Made by a program: the position numbers and the translations under genes. A stretch of 64,000 nt of DNA, taken from the IMG/VR virus record IMGVR_UViG_3300025886_000017, one strand, 5' to 3'. The first letter of the stretch is position 1. Every line of letters starts with the position of its first letter. The notes beneath the pieces are model-generated. The model searched no databases. It was not told the origin of the DNA and saw nothing but the letters and a program-made list of their open reading frames with translations. This stretch comes from a virus. This document shows positions 20,007-28,552 of this stretch, in pieces.

Positions 20007-20252
20007 ATGATGGAAGCGGTGATTGGTGCAATAGGAACTATTGTTGTTGGGCTCTTTGGTATATGGTGGAAAAATCGCACGGACAAGAGCAAAGCAGAAA
20101 TTCTTGGTGAATTAAGAATAAATAACATCAACCATCAGAAAAATGCTGCTGGAAATGCCGCTGCTGATGCGCGTCTACATGAAGAACTCCCTGAAGGAAA
20201 GGATCTTATCGATGCGCTTCGAAGCGATGCGCGCGATGCGGATCGCGATTAA
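20007..20252 (+). CDS. Small N-terminally anchored membrane protein (i-spanin/holin-like candidate)
   Basis: One N-terminal TM helix, basic stop-transfer WWKNR, helical tail. Confidence 0.5.
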   Translation: MMEAVIGAIGTIVVGLFGIWWKNRTDKSKAEILGELRINNINHQKNAAGNAAADARLHEELPEGKDLIDALRSDARDADRD

Positions 20253-20272
20253 TATACAGTCATTAAGGATAC

Positions 20273-20291
20273 TAAGAGAAACATGAAATCA
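20273..20291 (+). repeat. 19-nt direct repeat spanning a gene start (second copy 21476-21494)
   Basis: TAAGAGAAACATGAAATCA in both places; both genes begin MKSLH. Confidence 0.9.
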
Positions 20292-21446
20292 CTTCACTCA
20301 AATAAAGTTTTGAGCCATGCCGGAAGGATCCTGATCCTGACCCTGCTTATGCTTTTGTGGAGTGGAGTGGAGGCCGCTGCGACTCTACCAGCGAATATAG
20401 GGGTTCAGGGGGACTGGTGTTCTCCTCTGACATCTCAACCGGACGTAACGGAATTATCCAATAATTGTGAGATGCGACTAACGGTGCAAGAGATTGCTTC
20501 AAGATCACATTACGTCACATTAGGAACCTTTGAGGACACGCTGTCCACTGACACGCCGAATGCTCAGGACGCCTGTGGTGACCCGCGATCCCACGCAGTG
20601 AACAAATCCATCGCTTCGGCCATTCGGACGGCCTCTGGGGCGGGAAAGCCTCCTCGGATCTTCTATGAGATGCGAATGGATCTTCTCACTACTGAGCAGA
20701 TGTCTGGAGCTGGGTTCCAAAATAGCTGGCTCCTGACCACTGCAACGCCTTGGGCGACCGTGGTAGCCAACGTAGCGGCTGACACATCCGCAGAGTGTGA
20801 CCCGGAGGGAACAGGCACAGGATCCTGTACCATCACCCTCGGCAACTTCACCACACCCGACACATCCGTCTACTATATGACCCTTCGAGGTGTAGACCAG
20901 TCGCTACAACCTCTAGCGGTCATGCCTGACATGGGCAATGCAGCCTACAGAGCTTGGCGGATCGCACGGATTCAGGATATACTCGTAGAGGGTGGATTTG
21001 ATGGAGTTGCGCTTAACGAGAAGTTCGACGCCAATAAATTGCCGGACGGATACTGGATGTTCAGTACCTCCTGCCCCAACCTGACAGTCTGTAACGGTGG
21101 GCAGTCTACCATCTGGTCAGCTCAGCCCCAGAACTACCCATACGGTGACTACGTTGCTGGCTGGGTTGCTTTTGGTGAGGAGCTTACCGCAGCGGGTATC
21201 CCCTTCATCACTCGTCACCAGCCCAACCCAGCACTGCATAGTGCCGACGACCCCCTGACTACTAACACAGAGTACCTCGATATCCGGGCCCTCGACTACA
21301 CCGCAGAAGCCACCTTCCTTAGCACGGGAAATGTGGGAGTCGGATTAACCAGCGAATACTGGTACGACTTGTACAAGGACGAAGGCGGTAACCCGGTGAT
21401 GATTCACCCTTCCGACTGCGGGCTATCGACAACTAGCACACCATAA
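20283..21446 (+). CDS. Exported putative glycoside-hydrolase-like TIM-barrel protein
   Basis: Signal ...LLWSGVEA|A; GNAAYRAWRIARIQDILVEGGFDGVALNE resembles GH-like barrel strands; 8 Cys. Confidence 0.5.
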   Translation: MKSLHSNKVLSHAGRILILTLLMLLWSGVEAAATLPANIGVQGDWCSPLTSQPDVTELSNNCEMRLTVQEIASRSHYVTLGTFEDTLSTDTPNAQDACGDPRSHAVNKSIASAIRTASGAGKPPRIFYEMRMDLLTTEQMSGAGFQNSWLLTTATPWATVVANVAADTSAECDPEGTGTGSCTITLGNFTTPDTSVYYMTLRGVDQSLQPLAVMPDMGNAAYRAWRIARIQDILVEGGFDGVALNEKFDANKLPDGYWMFSTSCPNLTVCNGGQSTIWSAQPQNYPYGDYVAGWVAFGEELTAAGIPFITRHQPNPALHSADDPLTTNTEYLDIRALDYTAEATFLSTGNVGVGLTSEYWYDLYKDEGGNPVMIHPSDCGLSTTSTP

Positions 21447-21475
21447 TCAACTCATGCAGAGTTTGATAAGGAGAA

Positions 21476-21494
21476 TAAGAGAAACATGAAATCA
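21476..21494 (+). repeat. 19-nt direct repeat, copy 2
   Basis: Identical to 20273-20291. Confidence 0.9.
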
Positions 21495-23333
21495 TTACAC
21501 TTTAAAACGGTGGCGACCGCGCTGATTGCGATTGGTCTATTGTCTAGTGTTTCTCATTCGGGGCCAATTGTTCCGGGGACGGACACTACAACATTCAATG
21601 ATCAGAATCGGCCGAGCCGGGCGGATCTAAACACAAATTTCCAGAATATCATCAATGATGGCATTAATGATAATAACACTAGAATTACCGCGAACGAATC
21701 TGCTATTGCAGCAACCGGAACCGGTGGCAACGGAGCCACCGTTGCGCAAATGTCATTAGTTACAACAAACGAAACTAATATCACAGCGAACGACACTGAT
21801 ATTGCAACGAATGCAAATAATATTGGAACGAATACGACCGCGATTGGAATTAACACGGCCGCCCGAGTAGCCAACATCGACTACATGATTGCAAATGTCA
21901 ATGGTGTTGCGAACGTGGCGGATCCGCGAGGCTCTGTGACTAGCGCTGGTGGCGCGAACCAAGCCCTATTCGCAGGTTCAGATGGTTCACTTTGGAATGC
22001 AACTGGGACCGGCACCCAAGACTGGGTTCTCGTTGGATCTACCGGTGCTGCCGGCGCTGATGGAGCTGATGGAGCTGACGGCGCGCAAGGGCCTGCCGGC
22101 CAGGCTGGTGCTGACGGTGCGCAAGGCGCGCAAGGCCCACAGGGTATCCAAGGTATCCAAGGCCCGGCTGGTGTTGATGGAGCTGATGGTGCTGATGGTG
22201 CGCAAGGGCCTATTGGATTGACGGGTGCTGCTGGAGCTGATAGTACCGTGGCTGGCCCACAGGGTATCCAAGGTATCCAAGGCCCGGCTGGTGTTGATGG
22301 AGCTGATGGAGCTGATGGAGCTGATGGAGCTGATGGTGCGCAAGGGCCTATTGGATTGACGGGTGCTGCTGGAGCTGATAGTACCGTGGCTGGCCCACAG
22401 GGTATCCAAGGTATCCAAGGTATCCAAGGCCCGGCTGGTGCTGATAGTACCGTGGTTGGACCGGTCGGACCTGCTGGTGCTGATGGTCAGGACGGAGCTA
22501 CAGCCGATCCTGTTCAAGTGACTACCGTCGAAACGACCAATCTCACAGCAACCAACATCACATCACCCAGCAGCGCGAGCTTGGACATTGAACCGAGCTT
22601 ATTCGGGAGAGTAGACATAACATCCACCTCGCTGGATCTGACCAACGGAGGAGTAAATATAAGTGCCACTGGCGCTCCTGTCGTGATTGAGGCAACCAAT
22701 GTCCAAACCGCGCGGGGAACTATTGTATTAAAAACAAATAACGGTTCGGGATCGACCATAAATCAAGCCATCGTGAATCAACAGGGCCTTGCCCTTGCGA
22801 CTAGTGGTGGTCAGTACCTTAATATGAATAGCTCATATGGCGAATTTGGCTACGGTTTAAGAGGGTATGATGGCACGGCGAACTTGCTAGAGGTCAAAAA
22901 TACCTTTATTGACGACTGGGGCCAGCCCTATCACGCGAACATGACAAGTGGTCAAGGTGCTTACGTTCAGGTTTCTACTCCATACAGTCGGATAACAAAC
23001 GGTACATTTACATTTGATATATCTAGCTTAGGTATCGCGTCTGGAGATATGCCTAGCATTATCGAGTTGTGGATAAAAAGAACTGGGGAGACGGCTGATA
23101 ACGGGTACGTCACAGGTGATTGGGTCAGGATAAACAACGACTCCACCGCAGGCAACAACTCTGTTGGGTCAACTCTTAGCTCGACTCACGACACTGTTAC
23201 TTTGAGCATGATGGGTGGCGCTGGCGCCAATGGTACCCTCAACGCGATTAGCAAAGCAGCTAACGGTGTTACTAAGACTTATTTTCTTTTCGCGAATTCG
23301 GGCTGGACTCTAGTATGCAAAGCTTGGAAATAA
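21486..23333 (+). CDS. Exported collagen-like fibre protein
   Basis: Signal ...GLLSSVSHS|GP; DLNTNF motif; N-rich heptads; about 150 aa of Gly-X-Y; C-terminal beta domain. Confidence 0.8.
   Translation: MKSLHFKTVATALIAIGLLSSVSHSGPIVPGTDTTTFNDQNRPSRADLNTNFQNIINDGINDNNTRITANESAIAATGTGGNGATVAQMSLVTTNETNITANDTDIATNANNIGTNTTAIGINTAARVANIDYMIANVNGVANVADPRGSVTSAGGANQALFAGSDGSLWNATGTGTQDWVLVGSTGAAGADGADGADGAQGPAGQAGADGAQGAQGPQGIQGIQGPAGVDGADGADGAQGPIGLTGAAGADSTVAGPQGIQGIQGPAGVDGADGADGADGADGAQGPIGLTGAAGADSTVAGPQGIQGIQGIQGPAGADSTVVGPVGPAGADGQDGATADPVQVTTVETTNLTATNITSPSSASLDIEPSLFGRVDITSTSLDLTNGGVNISATGAPVVIEATNVQTARGTIVLKTNNGSGSTINQAIVNQQGLALATSGGQYLNMNSSYGEFGYGLRGYDGTANLLEVKNTFIDDWGQPYHANMTSGQGAYVQVSTPYSRITNGTFTFDISSLGIASGDMPSIIELWIKRTGETADNGYVTGDWVRINNDSTAGNNSVGSTLSSTHDTVTLSMMGGAGANGTLNAISKAANGVTKTYFLFANSGWTLVCKAWK
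22044..22500 (+). repeat. Collagen Gly-X-Y repeat block with long internal DNA duplications
   Basis: Repeated GADGADGAQGPIGLTGAAGADSTVAGPQGIQGIQGPAG units, near-identical at DNA level. Confidence 0.95.
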
Positions 23334-23362
23334 CGAATGCCGTATAGAAATGGAGCAACATA

Positions 23363-23614
23363 ATGAAAACTCTCAGGATCACATTACTAATCGCGATTAG
23401 CATACTATTCACCGGATGTGCCTCTTGGTGGGGTAACGATGTCGTGGTAACATATTATCCACCGAAATGTAGAATTATCTGGGATAAAGAAGCTCGTGCT
23501 GAGTTGGTAACCCTGATGGACAGTGAATTGCCCAATGAAGAGATCTTCCAGAAGATTGCCGAATATCGGAGATTTTGCTTTGCCATTAACGATTATCTTG
23601 AAGGAACTGAATAA
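23363..23614 (+). CDS. Lipoprotein (o-spanin-like candidate)
   Basis: Lipobox ILFTG|C after a basic and hydrophobic leader; 83 aa; two further Cys. Confidence 0.7.
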   Translation: MKTLRITLLIAISILFTGCASWWGNDVVVTYYPPKCRIIWDKEARAELVTLMDSELPNEEIFQKIAEYRRFCFAINDYLEGTE

Positions 23615-23620
23615 AAGCAC

Positions 23621-23648
23621 TTGACATTTGCGCTCAGGTGACTATAAT
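23621..23648 (+). promoter_or_regulatory. Sigma70-type promoter TTGACA-N16-TATAAT
   Basis: Perfect hexamers; ATG of primase is 8 nt downstream of the -10. Confidence 0.88.
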
Positions 23649-23655
23649 ATAGAGT

Positions 23656-24681
23656 ATGAAATACATTGACGTAAAGTACATTCGGATACTCTCGCCGCAG
23701 CTTGAGTTGTTTTCTGACAAGGGTAATGATCTGTTTAATTTCAGATGCCCTATCTGTGGTGACTCCGAACGAGATCGTACCCGTGCGCGTGGGTATGTAT
23801 TTCCGGCAGATAACAAACTAATATTCAAATGCCATAACTGTGGTGACGCAAGGGGAATTTCAAGTCTCTTGCGTGCTGTTGATCCTCGCCTTGCGGACGA
23901 ATATCGTATGGAGATGTTTGAGGCAAAGTTCGGTAGGAAGATGCAGCAGGATATCGACATAGAAAAACTGATCACTCCTGCTCCGCTGTTCAAGGCAAAC
24001 ACGCCATCTAAAATGCTTCTCGCTCTGGATGGTGTTTCGAGACTATACGATCTTCCAAATGACCACGATGCGCGTCAGTATATGGGGAAACGCAAGATTG
24101 ACAATTTAAATGGTCTTTTCTATTGTGACGATGATATCGTGCTGGAGAAGCTCTCTCCTGCTTACGAACGAAGGATTAGAGGAGGGGCATCTAGAATTCT
24201 AATTCCGTTCGCTGATCGGACTGGAAACCTCGTGGGATTAACCGGGAGGGCCTTGTCCCCCGACGCATTGCGATACCTCCACATCAAGATCGATGAAGAT
24301 GCGCCGTTGATATACGGTCTCGATAAGTGGGATCCGACGCAGCATACATATATCGTAGAAGGACAGTTTGATTCGATGTTCCTTCCAAATGCTCTAGCAG
24401 TGGGTGGATCTGATCTGGCAAAGATGACGGCGATCGTTGACAAAAATCGCTCCGTATTTGTATTCGACAACGAGCCGCGCAACCGCGAGAATCTTAGCAA
24501 AATAAGAAAGCTCATTTCAGATGGATATTCTGTATGTATCTGGCCAAAGAGCATCGAACAGAAAGACATAAATGATATGGTATTAGCTGGTGCGAAGCCT
24601 AGCAGCGTGAAGACTACCATTGATCTAAATACAGCATTCGGCCTGAGCGCTGAGTTAGCATTAAATGACTGGAGTAGATAA
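23656..24681 (+). CDS. gp61: DNA primase (gp61)
   Basis: N-terminal Zn ribbon CPICGDS...CHNCG; TOPRIM YIVEGQFDSMF, VFDNEPRN, KDINDM. Confidence 0.97.
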   Translation: MKYIDVKYIRILSPQLELFSDKGNDLFNFRCPICGDSERDRTRARGYVFPADNKLIFKCHNCGDARGISSLLRAVDPRLADEYRMEMFEAKFGRKMQQDIDIEKLITPAPLFKANTPSKMLLALDGVSRLYDLPNDHDARQYMGKRKIDNLNGLFYCDDDIVLEKLSPAYERRIRGGASRILIPFADRTGNLVGLTGRALSPDALRYLHIKIDEDAPLIYGLDKWDPTQHTYIVEGQFDSMFLPNALAVGGSDLAKMTAIVDKNRSVFVFDNEPRNRENLSKIRKLISDGYSVCIWPKSIEQKDINDMVLAGAKPSSVKTTIDLNTAFGLSAELALNDWSR

Positions 24682-25313
24682 TGAAAGCAGAGTATGTGGA
24701 CCACATGGGGTCGGACGTTACTGTCGTAAATGCCGCGCGTGTTTCATTTGATAAGCACGTCGATGAGTTTAGTCCCAAAGATAAAAACCTATTGAAGTAT
24801 CTTGCGCGGCATGGACATTTTACACCCTACACACATCCACAGATAACTGTCCGAGAAACGGTCCCAATCTTTGTTGCTCGTCAGCGATTCAAGCACACAG
24901 TTGGGTTCACATATAACGAAGTGTCCCGACGATATGTATCTGATGATCCCGAGTTCTTCCGACCTGATGCTTGGCGAGCATCTGCGGAAAACGTAAAACA
25001 AGGGTCAGCCAAAGAGGCAGTAGATGATCCAGAAATTGACGACGCTGTACGTCAGCATCACTCTTTATCTTTATCACTTTACACTGAATTGATGAATAAA
25101 GGTGTATGCCCCGAGCAAGCTCGAATGATCCTTCCTCAATCAATGTATACCAGTTATTATGTCACTGGTTCATTGTCCGCTTGGGCGCGTGCATATATAC
25201 TCCGCGCTGAAAAAACAGCACAAAAAGAAATCCAAGATCTAGCAAGTCACTGGGCAGATATTATTGAACCGCTCTTCCCTGTGTCTTGGGCAGCGCTGAC
25301 AGAAGGAAATTAG
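24681..25313 (+). CDS. thyX: Flavin-dependent thymidylate synthase
   Basis: VVNAARVSF, RHGHFTPY, RQRFKH..YNEVSRRY, PEQARMILPQS, AQKEI. Confidence 0.95.
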   Translation: MKAEYVDHMGSDVTVVNAARVSFDKHVDEFSPKDKNLLKYLARHGHFTPYTHPQITVRETVPIFVARQRFKHTVGFTYNEVSRRYVSDDPEFFRPDAWRASAENVKQGSAKEAVDDPEIDDAVRQHHSLSLSLYTELMNKGVCPEQARMILPQSMYTSYYVTGSLSAWARAYILRAEKTAQKEIQDLASHWADIIEPLFPVSWAALTEGN

Positions 25314-25314
25314 A

Positions 25315-27234
25315 ATGCCAACAGAACTACCTACACCCTACCAATCATATATCCACCTTTCGCGATATTCGCGATGGTTACCAGAAAAGAATCGACGCGA
25401 GACATGGGAAGAGACTGTTGGTCGTTATTTTGATTTCTTTGATGATCACATCCAAGAAAACACCAAAGGCAAAATCCCAAAGGCTGTACGGGCAGAACTT
25501 GAAGAAGCCGTGCTGAATCTGGATGTTATGCCATCGATGCGATGTCTGATGACGGCCGGACCGGCACTCGCTCGTGAGAATATTGCGGGATACAACTGCT
25601 CATATGTTGCCATTGATAGCATTCGTGCGTTCGATGAAGTTCTTTATATTCTAATGAACGGCACAGGTGTTGGATTTTCAGTCGAGGAACATTATGTTCA
25701 GCAACTTCCGGTTGTTAATGAGGAGTTTAATCCAACAGACACATCCGTCGTAGTTCCTGACTCTAAGCTAGGTTGGGCAAAGGCTCTTCGTGAAATCTTG
25801 GCCATGCTCTACGCTGGTCAAGTTCCGCAGTGGGATCTATCACGTCTTCGACCAGCAGGCGCTCCATTGAAAACATTTGGTGGGCGAGCATCTGGACCCG
25901 ACCCGCTTGACACACTATTCACGTTTTGCGTCAACACGTTTAGTGGAGCTGCCGGCCGGCGTCTTACGTCACTAGAGTGTCATGATATCGTATGTAAGAT
26001 CGCCGAATCGATTGTCGTTGGTGGCGTGCGACGTTCTGCTCTTATATCACTATCTAATTTATCAGATGAACGAATGCGTCACGCGAAGACTGGGCAATGG
26101 TGGGATACGGAAGGTCAGCGAGCGTTGGCTAACAACTCGGCTGTATATAACGAAACCCCAGAGATGGGAATCTTTATGCAGGAATGGCAGTCTCTATATG
26201 AATCGAAGAGTGGTGAGCGTGGAGTATTCTCGCGCGCGGCATCCATCGCACAAGCAGGAAAGAATGGACGCCGGGACGTTGAATGGGAGTTCGGAACTAA
26301 TCCCTGCTCAGAGATTATTCTTCGATCACGCGAGTTCTGTAATCTCAGCGAGATCGTTGTGCGCGCGGAAGACACAGAAGAGTCCCTGAAGCGCAAGGTT
26401 CGACTGGCTACCATTCTTGGTACTATTCAGTCTACCCTAACAAACTTCCGGTTTGTCAGTGCAGCGTGGAAAAAGAACTGTGAAGAAGAACGACTTCTGG
26501 GTGTCTCTATGACAGGCATCATGGATTGCCGCTTGACGAATGGCCAATCAGGAACCTCCGCACTCGAAAAACGACTCAATCACCTGAAAGAAGTTGCCAT
26601 CGAAACGAATGCTGAATGGGCAAAGACATTTGGTATCAATGTTTCCGCAGCGATCACTTGTGTTAAACCATCAGGAACCGTGTCACAGCTTGTGGATGCC
26701 GCAAGTGGTATCCATGCTCGTCATAGCGAATACTACATTCGAACAATTCGAGCAGACAAGAAAGATCCACTGGCGAAGATGATGGTTGATAAGGGATTCC
26801 CTGTTGAAGATGATGTGATGCAACCAGATAACAACTATGTATTCTCGTTCCCGGTAAAGGGCCCGAAGAACGCGATCTTCCGTGATGAGAAGAATGCTAT
26901 TCAACAGCTAGAGCTATGGCTAACATACCAAAGGCATTGGTGTGAGCATAAGCCTTCGGTCACAATCTCTGTCAAAGATCATGAATGGCTTGAAGTTGGT
27001 GCGTGGGTATATAAACATTTCGACGAAATGAGTGGAGTTTCCTTCCTACCATCTGTTGGTCATATTTACCAGCAAGCTCCATATCAAGAGTGCGATAAGC
27101 AGAAGTATCAGGAGGCGCTAAAGCATATCCCACAAAACGTAGATTGGGCTGAGTTGTCTGATTATGAAAACACAGACCAAACAACCGGAAGTCAAGAATT
27201 GGCCTGCTCTGGTCCCTCTGGTTGTGAGATATGA
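25315..27234 (+). CDS. nrdJ: Class II (adenosylcobalamin-dependent) ribonucleotide reductase
   Basis: PSMR, YNC, GTGVGFS, VGGVRRSALI, GTNPCSEI, TCVKPSGTVSQL, WCEHKPS, C-terminal LACSGPSGCEI; no beta-subunit gene adjacent. Confidence 0.93.
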   Translation: MPTELPTPYQSYIHLSRYSRWLPEKNRRETWEETVGRYFDFFDDHIQENTKGKIPKAVRAELEEAVLNLDVMPSMRCLMTAGPALARENIAGYNCSYVAIDSIRAFDEVLYILMNGTGVGFSVEEHYVQQLPVVNEEFNPTDTSVVVPDSKLGWAKALREILAMLYAGQVPQWDLSRLRPAGAPLKTFGGRASGPDPLDTLFTFCVNTFSGAAGRRLTSLECHDIVCKIAESIVVGGVRRSALISLSNLSDERMRHAKTGQWWDTEGQRALANNSAVYNETPEMGIFMQEWQSLYESKSGERGVFSRAASIAQAGKNGRRDVEWEFGTNPCSEIILRSREFCNLSEIVVRAEDTEESLKRKVRLATILGTIQSTLTNFRFVSAAWKKNCEEERLLGVSMTGIMDCRLTNGQSGTSALEKRLNHLKEVAIETNAEWAKTFGINVSAAITCVKPSGTVSQLVDAASGIHARHSEYYIRTIRADKKDPLAKMMVDKGFPVEDDVMQPDNNYVFSFPVKGPKNAIFRDEKNAIQQLELWLTYQRHWCEHKPSVTISVKDHEWLEVGAWVYKHFDEMSGVSFLPSVGHIYQQAPYQECDKQKYQEALKHIPQNVDWAELSDYENTDQTTGSQELACSGPSGCEI

Positions 27235-27245
27235 TAGGAGACAAT

Positions 27246-27389
27246 ATGATCGATGAAGAGGAATTTGACGAAATAGATACAATACTATGTAACGCTTGTG
27301 AGTCCGAATATGCGGTAGTGTTAGCCGAAGATCTTTTGGAAGTAAAAATTAGCTTTTGCCCGTTCTGTTGCGAACCCGTGATTGATTAG
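27246..27389 (+). CDS. Small zinc-ribbon protein (47 aa, below ORF-track cutoff)
   Basis: Hand translation MIDEEEFDEIDTILCNACESEYAVVLAEDLLEVKISFCPFCCEPVID; AGGAG SD. Confidence 0.75.
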   Translation: MIDEEEFDEIDTILCNACESEYAVVLAEDLLEVKISFCPFCCEPVID

Positions 27390-27392
27390 CCA

Positions 27393-28001
27393 ATGTTATT
27401 TGTAGGCATAGACTATTCGCTTACTGGTCCTGCAATCTGTCTATATAATACAGAAGATGGTGAGTTTAGTTTTGCAAACACAAAATGTCATTTCCTTGCA
27501 AGCAAGAAGATGCACGAGGCCTATAATGACGGCGTGATTGTATCCACTAACTATCCAAAGAAGTGGACAACACATGAAGGGCGCTATAGCGCGTTGGCTT
27601 TCTGGGCTGAGCATCAGATATTTAATGCTCTGGGATCGCGAGCGAATGATCAGCTCACCGTGTACATCGAAGGATATGCATTTGGAGCTTCTGGTAAGGT
27701 ATTCCATATCGCAGAGAACACTGCCATTCTGAAACATATGCTATATAAAGCAGGAGTATCCTATGAGACAGTTGCTCCCACCGAAGTGAAGAAGTTTGCT
27801 ACTGGTAAAGGGAACTCAAACAAGGACGTTATGTTCGAACATTTTCTTGAAGAGACGGGAGTAGATTTGATGTCGAGTTTGTCACCCAAAGCGAGTAAAG
27901 TAAATTCGCCTGTATCAGACATCGTTGATGCATACTACATCTGTAAACTTGGTATCATGAAGTCATCCCTTCGGGATGACGGAGCTACGCTCCAACATTA
28001 G
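27393..28001 (+). CDS. RuvC-like Holliday junction resolvase
   Basis: GIDYSLTGPA, YIEGYAFG, PTEVKKFATGKGNSNK, DIVDAYY (RNase H-fold acidic triad). Confidence 0.85.
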   Translation: MLFVGIDYSLTGPAICLYNTEDGEFSFANTKCHFLASKKMHEAYNDGVIVSTNYPKKWTTHEGRYSALAFWAEHQIFNALGSRANDQLTVYIEGYAFGASGKVFHIAENTAILKHMLYKAGVSYETVAPTEVKKFATGKGNSNKDVMFEHFLEETGVDLMSSLSPKASKVNSPVSDIVDAYYICKLGIMKSSLRDDGATLQH

Positions 28002-28138
28002 ATAATGAATCTTGTATCTGCTTTCTTTTCGGCCGATTACATCTTTATATAGTCAGAAACTACTCAAAAAACACTTGCCAATTTGAGTATTGTTTAAAAA
28101 GGCAAGCTTGCCAATTTTAGATTATTTTGTTTTTTCTG

Positions 28139-28166
28139 TTGACATATCCCTAATAGTTGCTATAAT
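28139..28166 (+). promoter_or_regulatory. Sigma70-type promoter TTGACA-N16-TATAAT
   Basis: Perfect hexamers in an AT-rich intergenic region; two TTGCCAATTT boxes upstream. Confidence 0.88.
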
Positions 28167-28172
28167 ATGTAC

Positions 28173-28445
28173 ATGATGATAAACGAATATACTTGTGCAG
28201 CAAAGTGGTCATACGAAGCAGCCCAATGTGAATTGCTCCAGGCGAAGCAGTCACTACTCTGGGCAGAAGAATCTGCCGAAAAACGTAAGGTAGATAAGAA
28301 AGATGATACCGTTGTCCATGCAAATATTACCCGAGTTGATATTGCTGGCAAACGTCTTATATCGGAGCAGGGTAGGTTATCCCGGCACGATTGCTCTACT
28401 AGTTCCATCTGTGCCATTTCACAGAACGATAAAAATGGCAGCTAG
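28173..28445 (+). CDS. Hypothetical protein (possibly leaderless; may be non-coding)
   Basis: ATG 7 nt after the -10; no recognisable motif. Confidence 0.35.
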   Translation: MMINEYTCAAKWSYEAAQCELLQAKQSLLWAEESAEKRKVDKKDDTVVHANITRVDIAGKRLISEQGRLSRHDCSTSSICAISQNDKNGS

Positions 28446-28552
28446 TTTACCTGTGTAGTTGTACTACATAGTAATAGGAATAAAGAGACAGTGCGACAGT
28501 GCCTCTTTATTCATCATTGAATCCTGTCGTTATATAAATGGAGAAATACATT

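Noticed and set aside
21987-22517. Repetitive minus-strand ORF and regularly repeated DNA that might suggest a CRISPR array
   Set aside because: Repeats are in-frame collagen codons without unique spacers; no cas operon
28075-28117. TTGCCA box read as a minus-strand sigma54 promoter (TGGCA...TTGC)
   Set aside because: GG-to-GC spacing is 7 nt rather than the required 10
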